Assembly (NCBI RefSeq): GCF_018977255.1
Contig: NW_024704742.1
Location: forward strand, 42,100,001-42,164,000
DNA length: 64,000 bases
From: Callorhinchus milii
Taxonomy: Eukaryota
Reading direction: 5' to 3'
The first letter of the stretch is position 1, and every line of letters starts with the position of its first letter. Below are positions 38,329-50,406 of the stretch, piece by piece. The notes beneath the pieces are model-generated. The model searched no databases. It worked only from the letters and a program-made list of their open reading frames with translations, and was not told the origin of the DNA. A program made the translations under genes and the position numbers.

Positions 38329-38508
38329 CAAGCGTTCATAGTGATGTTGCTTTGTGATCCTTCGATGTCAACTCTTCCTATCAATGTGAAGCAGAATTCA
38401 CCAAGAGTTGGATTGTTCACCCATTAATAGGGAATGGGAGTTGGATTTAGACTGTTGTCAGACAGGTTAGTTTTACACTAATAATGATGTGTTGTTACAA
38501 TACTAATC
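38329..38508 (+). pseudogene. 28S (LSU) rRNA pseudogene fragment, domain V peptidyl-transferase region
   Basis: caagcgttcatag...gatccttcgatgtc...gaagcagaattcaccaag.gttggattgttcaccca.taatagggaa...gacaggttagttttac matches conserved eukaryotic 28S. Many differences are CpG>TpG/CpA. Confidence 0.93.
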
Positions 38509-38967
38509 TTCACAGTCAAAAACAACATCTTGCATTTATATAGTGCCCTTTGCTTAGGATAGCATCTTGGAGCACCTCGAATATATATAAAATATACAGT
38601 AGAGAGCTGATTCCCTGCTCTAATTGGAACCAGCCTCATTGAGATTAAACAAACACTGTGGATAATTGGACATTACCCAAGATACAAATTGGATTGAGTG
38701 CAAACTACATTAAAATGTTCCACCAGGTATTACACTATTTCTATAGTACTGCACTGTGTCAGCCAATTTCTCTGTGCCACTCTCTCTCTAACTAGCTTTC
38801 TCTCTCTCTAAGGTGCTCCCGCTGAGTCTTTTACTTTCTACATATTTCGCTATGACTTTCTCTGACTCGAGCACTACACTGTATTTAAATATAAACACAC
38901 TTACTCTGCTTGCAAAACAAGTTAAGTGGTACACATGTGCAAAATCTGTCCACTATGAATGTGATTA

Positions 38968-39717
38968 CAACAACAAAAAACAGATTACATTTGTATAGCG
39001 CCTTTCACGTCAGGAGGATAACCAAGGCGCTAGACAGTCAGTGTTTCAGGCGCAAGCTGGTGGATCGGGATTGAGGAGGGTGGAGGGCAGGGAGGAAAGA
39101 AGGTGATCGAAAGCAAAGTGGAACAGGAGGGTCTTGAGATGGGTATTGAAGGAGGCAAGGGAGGGAGCGAAGCGGAGGGACTGCGGGATGGAGTTGCAGA
39201 GGGTGGGAGCAGAGTGGCAGAAGGCCCACCCGCCAATGGTGGGGCAGGCAAGGTGGGGGACGTGAATCAGGCCGGAGCCCACTGAGAGGAGGGAGTGGGC
39301 AGGTTGGTAGGGGGTTAGGAGATCCCAGAGGTAGTGGGGAACAAAGCCATGGATGGTTTTGAAGGTGAGGACAAGGATCTTGAATTGTATTCTCTGAGTG
39401 ATGGGAAGCCAGTGGAGCCGGGCAAGATGGGGTGATAGGGTCACGGAGCCTGGTACGGGAGAGGACACGGCCTACCAAGTTCTGGATGATCTGCAGCCTA
39501 TGGAGGGAAGAGTTGGGGAGGCCGACAAGCAGGGATTTTGCATAGTCAAACATGGATGTTACGAATGCTTGTATGAGGGTTTCAGTAGCCTGCGGTGTGA
39601 GACAGTGGTGGAGTCAGGCGATGTTGCAGAGGTGGGGGAAGGCAGAGCTTGTCATGGTATGGATATGTGTGGAAAGGATAGTTGAGGGTCAAACAAGACG
39701 CCAAGGTTCCACACTGG
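38968..39717 (-). mobile_element. L2 LINE 3' fragment (frameshifted ORF2)
   Basis: ORFs give FDYAKSLLVGLP...QIIQN and LHWLPITQRIQFKILVLTFK. A CAA-rich tail is at 38968. Confidence 0.9.
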
Positions 39718-39889
39718 CTTAGTAAGCAAGTATTAATTCGCACAACGCGTATAAATCCTAAATCCCAAGTAACCTTGGACACATAAACACAACTTTGTTC
39801 ATGCCCACAACCGAATTTTTATGCTGGTATCTCACAACCATGCATTACTTCTGCTTCAGATGGCAATGTGGATAACTGGATTCTACAGT

Positions 39890-40247
39890 AGAGACCTGCA
39901 ATAATCCTCCACCAATGCATCTAAAGTTGTCTCTCCTGGTCCACCCGATTGCCAGACAGCAATATTAATAGCAAGCAATGCGATTTTAGCTAGTTAGACT
40001 CCAGCAGTACTCCAACTCACTGGGGTCCCCAAGCCTTAGTTCTTGCCAACTTGCGCCTAATACTTTCTGGAATTAGGTAAGCAGGATGTGTCCCTCCAGA
40101 GAGAGAGTGCACATTCCATGCCAACAATCTATCTCTGGGATTTCCATGTGTAGGTGGGATGCATGGAATTCTCAGTTTGGTTTGGACACTCTTAAGTACG
40201 GTGATGGGTTTCCACAGGTGTCAGCCACCCGGCTGACCAAAAAAAAA
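39890..40247 (+). repeat. Unclassified poly(A)-ended repeat
   Basis: ttagctagttagactccagcagtactcc...ttgccaacttgcgcctaatac...ggctgaccaaaaaaaaa. Confidence 0.85.
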
Positions 40248-41604
40248 TCTCAGGATTCCCATGGGCCAGTGTTATGCACTTTGAATTTCCAGCTCAGAGT
40301 CTATGTTAATTACTCGTATTACAAATAGCTGTAATTTAGAATCCATTAAGGTTAGCAACCGGATAGAGTTGTTTATTTGCAAAAATTCTTTGGCAATATT
40401 CTTTTCTATTTGGGTGTCAGTTTCAGGGCCTTGTAACTGCTCCTTTGTGCACACATAATAAGTGTTGTATGAATTTTTTTGCATAACCTACGTGAGTATT
40501 GACGTGTGATAGAATAAATGCAGGTGCGGAAGAGTTTTGAGAATGGGAAGAATAGATCCTTTGTAGAGGCCTATCGACATTCGTCATCTCAATATGAAAA
40601 GGACAAATAGTTGGCGACTAGTGAGCTCAAGGGCGGATTTTGCTTTTGAAGTTTTCCAGGTACTTTTTTTTCCCCCTGTATCATTGGCAGTGTCTCACTG
40701 TCATTTAGGCACAGACAATGAGACAGGCTTAAGAGGGAGGGGAAAGCTTGATTCATTAATAAGGTTTGAAAAGTGCGGAAAAGTCTATGCTATTTGATGC
40801 AATGCAATAGAGACAAAGGGCCTATGTTATGCGGATATGTCTGGAGAGGCAACTTTTCACCAGCTAGAAGCTTGCACTGACTCCTTGGTGACCAGTAACA
40901 TACACTTGCAATCTGTATGTGGAGGAGCAGAGAACACAAACTAGTTACCTGGGTGCACACCGTTGAGAGAAAACCCAAGTTTCTAACTGGCACTGGAGCC
41001 CTCCCTTCAACCAAAATTTCAAAAAACAACATAAATTTCAGATGAGATATTAAACAGGGGTCCCGTCTCCCTGTTCAGGTGGGCGTTAAAGATCTCATGG
41101 CACTATTCAAAAAGAGAATGGAGTTCCTCCCGGTGTCCTGGCCAACAATCCACCAAATAAAATTGGGTATTCACTTAGTGGCTATTTGTGGGACATTTCA
41201 TACATCCCGAAGTAGAATATTCCCTGAGAGCTCATTTGTCAAGTACAGTCTTGTAAGCTCTTCTGAGACGAGTTGTTGCAGACCTAGTTTGGGGGTTTGT
41301 ACAGTTCTCAATGCTGCTTGAAGCAGAAAAATCTCTGCAGGGCACTGAGGCCACCGATGCAGTGGGTATTCCCCACTTACACCACGGGACATGTTGCCAC
41401 TAATACCTGGGGTTCCTTGCTATTAGCAATAGCACAGAAGCAGCAGCGTGTGCTACAATCTGCCAAACACAAGTGATTCCAAGCACATAATTGCAACTTT
41501 GTTCTGCCATTGCACTTCATGCCTGTTTGTGGGCATTGGGAGCTGTGGAAATCAACAATATGAGCTCAGCACAGCTTAATCCTTTCCAGGTTGCTTCAGT
41601 ATGC

Positions 41605-41955
41605 AGCGTCCCATTGCGTAGTGATTAGAGCTCTAGAGTCGCAAGAGAGAGGACACAGATTCAATTCCCATTCAGGGCGAAACCTTAGGTAAATTTCCTT
41701 ATTCCACACCTCTGTTTATCTAGCAGTAAGTGGGAACCTGGTTGTTAGTTGATTGGCAGATCGCTATCTGGGTGTAATAATCCCTCCAAAAAAAATGTAG
41801 TCACTCAAAATCCACAACTGTTTGTGCACAATTGGCTGCCTTGTTTTGCCCACAAAATACCCAGTAAATCCACTTCACAATATATTTTGTGAAGAGCTTT
41901 GAGACGTCTCAACAAGGTGATGAGGCGCTATTTCAAATGCAAGGATTATTATTAG
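41605..41955 (+). mobile_element. Older long variant of the tRNA-headed SINE with an extra central segment
   Basis: Decayed head, then cagggcgaaaccttaggtaaatttccttattccacac, then ~60 bp absent from young copies (ctctgtttatctagcagtaagtgggaacc...), then the standard tail. Confidence 0.8.
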
Positions 41956-43804
41956 AGGTAGTAGGAGTATAAATTATTTTTAAAATGGGGTAGGCCTGGG
42001 GCAATCTTCATGGCTATTCCTGTTCTCCTGCATTCTGATGTTCTCAGCAAAACACATTTAAACTACGACCAATTGAGCAAGTGATGAATTATGAATTTGT
42101 GGCTCTCTACTCTAGGACTAGCGCTGTGGCAATTTGCACTCATCAGTCAGTCAATATTCATTCACATCTCCTGCGATACGTCTCCTGTGATGCAGCTCCA
42201 TCTGTCATCTACCTTTCCCAGCAGAATGTGGAGTGGAGACTGACGGGCAGAATAGCAGCACGGGGTGGAATGAATGGAGATTGCATTAGTAAGAAGACAA
42301 AGCTACTGTAACTGCACCACTTTTACAGGCTCCCTGTCATTCGGTGCACAGTCTGAGTATGGAAAGCCTGTGAGTAATGAAGGTTCGCAGAAAGGGTCCT
42401 TCGGATGCAATCTTTGATAGCTATGAAGGATGGGCTCATTGCATCCTCCGAAAGGGGTGCTGCTCTTTTAAATGTTACTGGTTGACAATGTATCTAATAT
42501 GCTGTCACTTTACTTGGTATTAATGGTACAGTACATGAAGTTAACACTCGTATCAGTTTTCCGTACTGATTCAATGCCGCTTGCGACAGGCAGTACAGAT
42601 AAATGGTTGAACCTTGTTTTCTTACCCTTTCTTTGCAGGGGTTGTGGATGCTTTGTGCGAGCTCCTTGTCACAGGCGCTCTGCACTGCACATCTATCATT
42701 TTTTTTCCTTGCGGCATACTGAACCAATCAGGCAAAGTGCTTCCCCAGGCCAGTTACAGCGATGACATTGCTGAAAGGCAAAACAGATGGAAATCATAAA
42801 TTAAACCATCAGTTTGTCCACTCTCGGTCACTCCTGCAAAGGAATGGAAAGGAATCAGCCCATTTGCAAAAGAGAGGGATCTGTCTGGAAAAGTGTAAGC
42901 AATGAGTCCTTGGGCTTGGAATTCAATTCTACTTAGAGTGAAGTAAACCCGTAAAGCTGTTTGTAGGACATTGCTGCGGTCAAATTGGCTGCTGCGATAT
43001 GTATAGTCACTCTATTTTGCAGTATACCTGTGAAGCAATTTGGGACTTCCTCCCTACATGAAAGGTTGCTGTATCAAATGTGAAGATCATTATTATTATT
43101 ATTATTAATCCTGATTCATAGGATTCCGGGAGTTTGTGAGCACTGGTTATGTTCACATTGGGTATAAATGGAGCTCTGAATGACACCCAAGGGTCTGAAG
43201 AAATGTTTCTGAAAACATGTTCCAGTTGATCTCAGGTGGCAGAGATGAGTGATGTGGACATGATGTTCCACCCAGCAATTGCTACCCATTTTACTCCCCC
43301 TCAAGAAAGGAAAACCTCCTCTTTTCTCCACTCCTCTTGAAAGTGGTGCCTACAGTTCTCTGAATCAATCTTAGAAACATTTTCAATAGAGATGGTCCCT
43401 CTTCCACTGCTTGTCTCGGTATTGTTAGTAATGTTTACATGGTGCGATCCTACCACACCTCACAGCACAGCCTCAAATCAGTGCATCTTCAAAAAGTTGC
43501 TAGTATCAGAGTGGGAGGCTGCAGGGATAAGGCTACTTATTTGCTGTATGCTGGTGCTATATATTGCATAAATTGCATATATTAAGTGAGAATCAGTCTC
43601 AGGAAATATAGTCGGTCACCTTGCCTTTGCAGAGCAAAATTCAGAGTTTATCCTGGAATAGGCAGTTCACCGTGGTCGGACGTGTGTTCCAGCATCCAAT
43701 TCACATTGTAACGATATTGCAGTGAAGGTCTGATCTGAAGCAGTGTTTGGAATGGGATATGAGGAGGGGAAATACTAATTCTGCAGCAAGGAGTAAAAAA
43801 CCCC

Positions 43805-44092
43805 TTTTGGGTCAGAAGGTTGAGGGTACAAGCCCCATGTCAGCGACATTGACGATTGACCCAACAGTCTAGGTTGACACTCCATTGCAATCAATGTTGG
43901 GGGAGTATTGGATTGTCAGAGGTACTGTCCTTCGGATGAGATTTAAACTGAGATCCCGCCTGCCAGTTCAGGTGGATACTAAAGGACCCATGACTATTCA
44001 AAGTGAAAAGTACAGTCGTAATTACTATAAAGTTCTTTAACACATTTCAGCATTATAGATGCCATATCAAATTTAAAAAATATTATTATTTA
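43805..44092 (+). mobile_element. Old Deu-domain SINE
   Basis: gtcagaaggttgagggtacaagcccc...gaggtactgtccttcggatgagatttaaactgag...caggtgga. Confidence 0.75.
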
Positions 44093-44861
44093 AGATTGTC
44101 TTCAGAAGCTTTATAGGAATAGGGACATATAAAGCCAGTGCTTACTGAGTGTCCAGTAAACCATGAGGAAACTGGTCTACATTCATCATCATAAATTTGC
44201 CTCCCGCTCTGCTTTTCTTCCCTCTTACTCTGCTAACGCAACACTTTGTAATTTATGAGTTTCAGATAATTGAGGAATCTGGTAAAGCGTGGAAGCGTGG
44301 CTTAGTTCAAGGTGAAAAGAGTTAGTCATGGACAGCTGTCACGCCTCTTTAAACTAAAAAAACATAGTACACTTCACTTGTCTAATGCACTGAGAGCCTG
44401 GTATGCATTGTCTTCTTTTTCATTAGTGATAAAACATTGATCTGTATCAGTACTTTCTACGTTCTCTCCGCTATGTAAGCAGAGCAAGCCTGCATGTGTT
44501 CTGTCAAAGCCAGCTGCACTGAAGTTTAAAGAAGCATCAGGAGAAATAATGAACCCATTGAGTGGTGCGAATTTTTGGAGAATAAAATAATCTCTAATTT
44601 ATAGACACAGTGTGGAGAGGTTAGACTGTAAATACAATTAGATGTTACTTTCTCTTCGAGAATATTTGGTGGGCTCCCCAATCGCTCAGCTGTTCCGTGC
44701 TCTGCCTGGAATGGTATTGGGGTGGTTACTTCTATAGGTTTATTGTTTATTAGTAAATCTAAAAACACTGACCATAAGGAAACCATGGTTTACTCTGTAC
44801 AGGTGAAGCAGCAGTGAGGAAATAAGGTGATCTTAACCACCAAAGTCAGTAAATCTACTGA

Positions 44862-46110
44862 CGTCACATACATCCTGGAAAATAAACACCTAAATGGGGT
44901 AGAGGAGCAAAAGGACCTAGGGGTACACATACACAATTCACTATAAGTAGCAACGCAGGTTAATAAGGCCATAAAAAAAGCAAACCAGGCATTGGGGTTC
45001 ATTTCTAGAGGGATAGAAATGAAAAGCAGGGAAGTTATGGTAAACTGCTGTAGAACATTGGTTCGACGACACTTAGAATACTGTGTTCAGTTCCGGTCCC
45101 CACATTATAGAAGGGATATAGAGGCACTGGAGAGGCTGCAAAGGAGCTTCACAAGGATCATCCCAGAACTGAGAGGTTACACCTATCAGGAAAGGCTGAA
45201 CATGCTTGGACTTTTTTACAATAAGAATAATAATCCTTGCATTTGATATAACGCTTTTCACGTCTTCTATACGTCTCAAAACGCTTCACAGAATATGCTG
45301 CAAAGTGAATTGACCATATATTTGTGGGTGAAACGCGGCAGCCAATTGCGCACAGCAGTGTCCCACAAACAGTCGTGGATTGAAAATGACCAATTTATTA
45401 ATGTTTTGTTTTGGAGGGATTATTTTTAGGTGTGTGGAGTAAGGAAACTTGCCCAAGGTTTCACGCCTGGAATTGAACCCAGGTGTCTCGCTTGCAAGGT
45501 GAGTGCTCTAACCACTGAGCTACAGGACTCTTCCACTTTTCATGCAGAAACCATTGTAACTAGAACAATTTGCAGGAGAACTCCCTCTGCAACACTATTC
45601 TAAGTTTGCCAAAATGATCCACAAAATCTCTGTAGACAGGATCTACTTTCAGTTCGGATCCTCCAGGTTTGTATGATGTACTTACAGTAACTAGAGAGAG
45701 TACCTATTCAGATTCATTATTTTTCTCTTGAAAAGAGGAGGGTAAGGGGTGACCTTATAGAGATCTTTAAAATTATGAAAAGCTTTGATAGGGTAGACAT
45801 AGGGAAAATGTTTCCACTTGTGGGGGAGACCAAAACCAGGGGCCATCAATATAAAATAGTCACATATAGATCAAATAAGGAAGTTAGAAGAAATTTCTTT
45901 ACACAGAGAGTAGTGGGAATATGGAACAATCTACTACAAGGAGTTGTTGAGGAAAATAGCATATATGTATTTAAGGGGAAGCCAGATAGGTACATGAGGG
46001 ACAAAGGAATAGAAGGTTATGCTTGAATGCTTAGTTGAGGAAGGGCAGGAGGAGGCTCATGTGGAGCATAAACACCGGCATAGACCAGTTGGGAGGAATG
46101 GCCTGTTTTC
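44862..46110 (+). mobile_element. CR1 LINE 3' ORF2 and UTR, interrupted at 45218-45720
   Basis: KDLGV..., LEYCVQFRSPHYRRDIEALERLQRSFTR...YQERLNMLGLF | SLEKRRVRGDLIEIFKIM...TRGH...RRNFFTQRVVGIWN: a canonical CR1 ORF2 C-terminus. Confidence 0.93.
45218..45530 (-). mobile_element. Full-length tRNA(Ala)-derived SINE, subfamily B, inside CR1
   Basis: Complete head to tail; closest to the copy at 2554-2884. Confidence 0.95.
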
Positions 46111-46396
46111 ACACACCCTCTGTTGGTGAGTCGAGTGAGTCGTTTTCACACATTTTGCCCACCAATGAGAGGGGGATAAATATGTGTTCTGACTGTAATA
46201 TGGAGTAAGTTTTGGTTATTTTGACAGATAAAAATCTGTCATTAAGCAAAGAAAAAATGTGTTTGCTTCAAGGCGATCTATCTCTGTGCCATCTATCGGA
46301 GATTTTATGCTGTACGTGTGTGTTTGTGCATGTGATTGAGAATGGGAGAGAGGGATGGACATGAGAAATGACTTAGCAACCTTAGTCCTGATATGT

Positions 46397-46701
46397 GGAG
46401 TCCTGTAGCTCAGTGGTTAGAGCACTCGCCTCACAAGTGAGAGACCTGGGTTCGATTTCCGGCAGGGTGAAACCTTGGGCAAGTTTCCTTACTCCACATG
46501 CCTGATAATCATCCCTCAAAAAAAAAATTGGTCATTTCAATCCACAACTGTTTGTGAGACACATCTGTGCGCAATTGGCTGCCGCATTTCGTCCACAAAT
46601 ATACAGTCAATTCACTTTACAGTCTATTCTGTGAAGCGCTTTGAGACATCGAGAAGACGTGAAAAGCGCTATATCGAATGCAATGTTTATTATTATTATT
46701 A
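46397..46701 (+). mobile_element. Full-length tRNA(Ala)-derived SINE, B-like
   Basis: ggagtcctgtagctcagtggttagagcactcgc...gggttcgatttcc...gtgaaaagcgctatatcgaatgcaatgtttattattatt. Confidence 0.95.
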
Positions 46702-47049
46702 CTTGCCTGTTGTATTGACATAGTTCAATATTGATACAGTAGCTTGATGCACTCAGCCTTCCAGCTAGTAAGTGGTCATATTCATTCACATCTTCACTGT
46801 AGTTAGGACTGTTCCCCAGGAATTTCAAACCTGTACTTTTAAAACACAGGAACCTCTAACTAGAATCCTTAATAAGCAATCTGAGAAGAAACTCCTTCCG
46901 GTAAGTGGAGATGCCAACCTGCAGAGAAGCTGGTCTGAAAGAATATTGTGTCAGAGTGAAATTCCCAAATGCTGACTGGATAGGTTCCCAGTTTTCTTAT
47001 TAAAGAATATTAAAAATTGTAAGTGCTGCATATTATACGTTCTGGCACG

Positions 47050-47232
47050 AATGGGATGGAGCCCAGGTCAAGTTGTAGAATAAATGGAAGGAAAGGTGCC
47101 CTGCCAAGGAAGGTGGTGGAAGCAAAGTTCACCGTGGGTTTCAAAAGTGAAGTAGAGAGGTACATGAAAGATAAAGGCTCATAGGAGTATGGGGATAGAG
47201 GGGAGAAGTGGGATTGAATGGGCAGTTTATTC
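47050..47232 (+). mobile_element. CR1 3' end
   Basis: ctgccaaggaaggtggtggaagc...tttcaaaagtgaagtagagaggtacatg...atgggccgaacgacctccttctgcactgtaaatttctatg. Confidence 0.75.
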
Positions 47233-47689
47233 TGAGAACTGGTGCAGACACAATGGGCCGAACGACCTCCTTCTGCACTGTAAATTTCTATGAGTCCCGT
47301 AACACTCACAATTCCATTAACAGCTACTGAAATGCTGGACATGATGAGACATGGGAGTTGAGAGACCTAAGCTCTCACAAATGACTTCGAACGAGATGCT
47401 TAATCTACCTCAGTACAACCACGCTGCAATTCAAATTGCATTGTTGTGACCTTCAATGACGTCAATCATTAAGTAATGTACCTTTCGGGAAGAGATGTGT
47501 TACTCATCCCTGCGGCAGACCACTGATTTTTGTAAGTAATGATCTTTCCAGAACATTCTTTTGAGTTGCTACAGTGGAAACTACATCAATCCAGAAGACA
47601 AATGTTCTGTCATCATCCATTGTCTCAGCTTCACTTTGTCCGGCAGTTACTGGGGGCGAATTTGCAATACATCCTTAATAAGAAGAAAG

Positions 47690-48301
47690 TGGGGTCTCAT
47701 TGGAGCTGAATTGGTTCCAAGGTGACTTGCTTGGCAGCAGAATATTAGAATCGAGTCAACCCTCTGAGGTCATCTCAGTAGTTTGACAGGTCCGCTGTAC
47801 TCCAGGATACTGCTGATGACAGACCAGCCAGCCTAGCTCATCGGCAACACTTAGAGCAACAGACAAGTTATTGGCAGCAAATTCTTCCCACTCAGTTTCT
47901 GTTAGCTAAAACCCTGATGGGTAGGGTGGTTCTTGCTGGACAATGAGCAGGAAGCTTGCCAGTCAGTGTTTTCAATGACAAGCTATGCGGGTTTAGCTGG
48001 TTAAGCTTCAGAAGTACTTCAATGGACACTCTGGGGTCTTCAAGCTTTGTCTCTCATCAACATGTGCCTAATACTTTCCGGATTTAGGTCAACAGGATGT
48101 GTCCTTCCAGGGAGAGATTGCGCATTCCATTCCAATCAAAGAGAAATTTCCATGTGTAGGAGCAATGCACATGTAGAACTCTCGGTTGAGTTTATAATAA
48201 TAATAATCCTTGCATTTGATATAGCGCTTTTCACGTCGGGAGAACGTTTTAAGAATGGTGATCGGTTTCCACATGTGTCAGACACATAGCTAACCAAAAA
48301 A
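47690..48301 (+). repeat. Unclassified poly(A)-ended repeat, longest copy, containing a ~54-bp SINE tail at 48194-48247
   Basis: Colinear with 30830-31352. Insert is ataataataataatccttgcatttgatatagcgcttttcacgtcgggagaacg. Confidence 0.85.
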
Positions 48302-48304
48302 CTT

Positions 48305-48510
48305 ATCTGGGTGATTGTTGATCAGGACACTGGGAGAAACTCCCTTTCTCTTTTTGAATCGTGCCTTGGGATCTTTAACGTCTATCTGAACATGCACAGT
48401 GGGACCTTCTGTCAATGCAACACACACACCAGCGCTACATTGCAATGCCAGCCAAGTCTCTGATCTCAGAGTTCCTATGCGGGGCTTGAACCCTCAACTT
48501 TCTGAGTAGG
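48305..48510 (-). mobile_element. Deu-domain SINE fragment
   Basis: caggacactgggagaaactccc...gggatctttaacgtc...ggggcttgaaccc. Confidence 0.75.
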
Positions 48511-48879
48511 AGGAAGGAATCTAATTAAGAAATGCCAGAAATAAGATCCTGATGTTTTCTACACCTTTGTCAGAAATCTTTGAAATGTGAGGGCATCAGC
48601 TGGAATTTCTGGCTTGCAAACAGATACAAACAGCAAAAATGTGGCAGGCACCCATTGTGACAGCAGAGGCATCAGCCACTTCAGCTTTTACCCTAATTCT
48701 GTTTTTAGACAGGGTAAAAGATAATTTTCTACATAAAACGTTTGAATGTAAGCCACACCTTATGGAGTCTCCTGAAAATATAATTATTATCAGATTTTCC
48801 ACCAGACTCAAAACCAGCCTCCCATTTTTGCTTCTTTGAATAACACGATGAATCTTTGAATAACCCTGAGATGCTAAGC

Positions 48880-49085
48880 TACATGAAGTCTGGAACTCTC
48901 TCCCTTAATCCCTCCACCTTGCCCCCTCCCTCCCCACTTTCAAGTCCTGCCTAACAACCTTCTATTTTGAATGCGTTTACGGTCACCTCTCCCTCCCCCG
49001 GCTCAGTGTCAGACTCCCCACTGTCAAGCACTCCGAGACGCTATTCTTGGTGACGGGTGCTGTATAAATGCATCTTGTTGTTGTT
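48880..49085 (+). mobile_element. L2 3' end
   Basis: ctggaactctctccct...cactttcaagtcctgcctaacaacc...tataaatgcatcttgttgttgtt. Confidence 0.7.
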
Positions 49086-49329
49086 ACATCGTGTTGGCTT
49101 CGTTGCTGCTGTTTTTTTCCATGAAACATGTTTCGTCTTCCATTCCTACACACATTCGTTTGACTTATGTATCCCGGAAGATTTTGGGAAAAGTCTTCAG
49201 AGGATTAAGGCACTGTCTACAACACCATATGCTGAATGCATTTTCAGGTGTAGTAATTTCTTAGAATTGTAGTAAAATTGTGAGAGAAATGTATTTCAAG
49301 ATACTGAGATTCATTCTAGAGCTTCTTTA

Positions 49330-49970
49330 ATCCCTTTGGGCCAGAATGTGGTCTCACAGGACCTGCCTGCTACTCTCCATGACCCTGTTCCCACTCCCAA
49401 GTGACCATTCTTTAAAGTGTTCAAAGGAATATTGTCAGGATCAGTAGGGTAATTGCAGCTGGTGCCCAATCCCATGGTCACCTTCATTGACACACGGACA
49501 CCTCTCAGGGGGATAGCAATAGATAGTGGGAAGGATCTCTGGATGATCTGCTATGTTCCGTGTTCAAGCTTGGTCAGGCCAACTGTAATAGTATGAGTAA
49601 TACTCGCATTTGGTATAGCCTTATCACATTGTTACGATGTCTAAAACGCTTCACAATATAGAAGTGTAGACATTATGCGCTTCAAGGTAAACATGGCAGC
49701 CAATTTGTGTACTGAAATGTTGCAGAACCAGCCATGAATTGAGTTGCTATTCTGTTTTCGGGGACTATTGACCAAGTTGCTAGGAGAAACTCCTTTTTCT
49801 TTTCAAGTATTGTCAAATAACATCCACCTGAACAAGCTACAGGACCTTGGTTGAACCTTTCATCTGAAAGACAATGCAGAAACCCCAGCAATGCAACCTC
49901 AGTCCCTGAGTTGCATCCCGGCTGGGATCAGATAACCCAACAGGGACCAGGAATCAGATTTGTGACCTTC
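49330..49970 (-). mobile_element. Second ancient SINE-like family, split by a Deu-SINE remnant (~49590-49870)
   Basis: cccaagtgaccattct... and gctgggatcagataacccaacagggaccaggaatc are reverse-complement homologs of 62110-62470. Confidence 0.5.
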
Positions 49971-50406
49971 TCTAGGTACTTTTACTAAACAAGGCTGCAA
50001 TGCTCTACTCCATACCCTTTAAAGTCTAGATACTGTGTATTCCCAAGCTATACAATGGAGTCAGAGAATTTTATGAAAAGAAATTAATGTGCATTGTCTA
50101 CGGGCAAAGGAAATCTAACAATGCTTTCTATATCTGATGTAGTACATTATCCTTAGAAAGGAGTGGGCAGCCAGTGGTGGTGTTATCTCTGAAGCATTAC
50201 ATTGTGAGTCAGAAAGTCTGGAAATTTTTGAGCTCACCTGACTGAGTGTTAATCGGTTGTTGGGCACCTTATTAATCTTCCTTTGCCTCCACCCTAAGAT
50301 GTGAATGTTCAGGTACTGTTTATTTTCCAACAAGCTTATACAGAGATACCCCAGCAGCTTAGCTGGGCTCCCATTTATTTTCCCCACTCGAATAACGCAG
50401 TTTGTA

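Noticed and set aside
42398..42456. Hairpin ccttcggatgcaat...attgcatcctccgaaagg as a pre-miRNA
   Set aside because: Stem is short and bulged with a large loop, and I recognise no miRNA seed.
46113..46130. CTCF-like motif (reverse complement ccaacagagggtg)
   Set aside because: A partial match expected by chance in 64 kb; it needs PWM scoring and ChIP data.
46397..46470. tRNA-Ala(TGC)-like cloverleaf heads here and at the other full-length SINEs, considered as tRNA genes
   Set aside because: Each continues into a SINE body and tail with no terminator after the acceptor stem. T and acceptor stems are imperfect, and this copy has a mutated anticodon arm.
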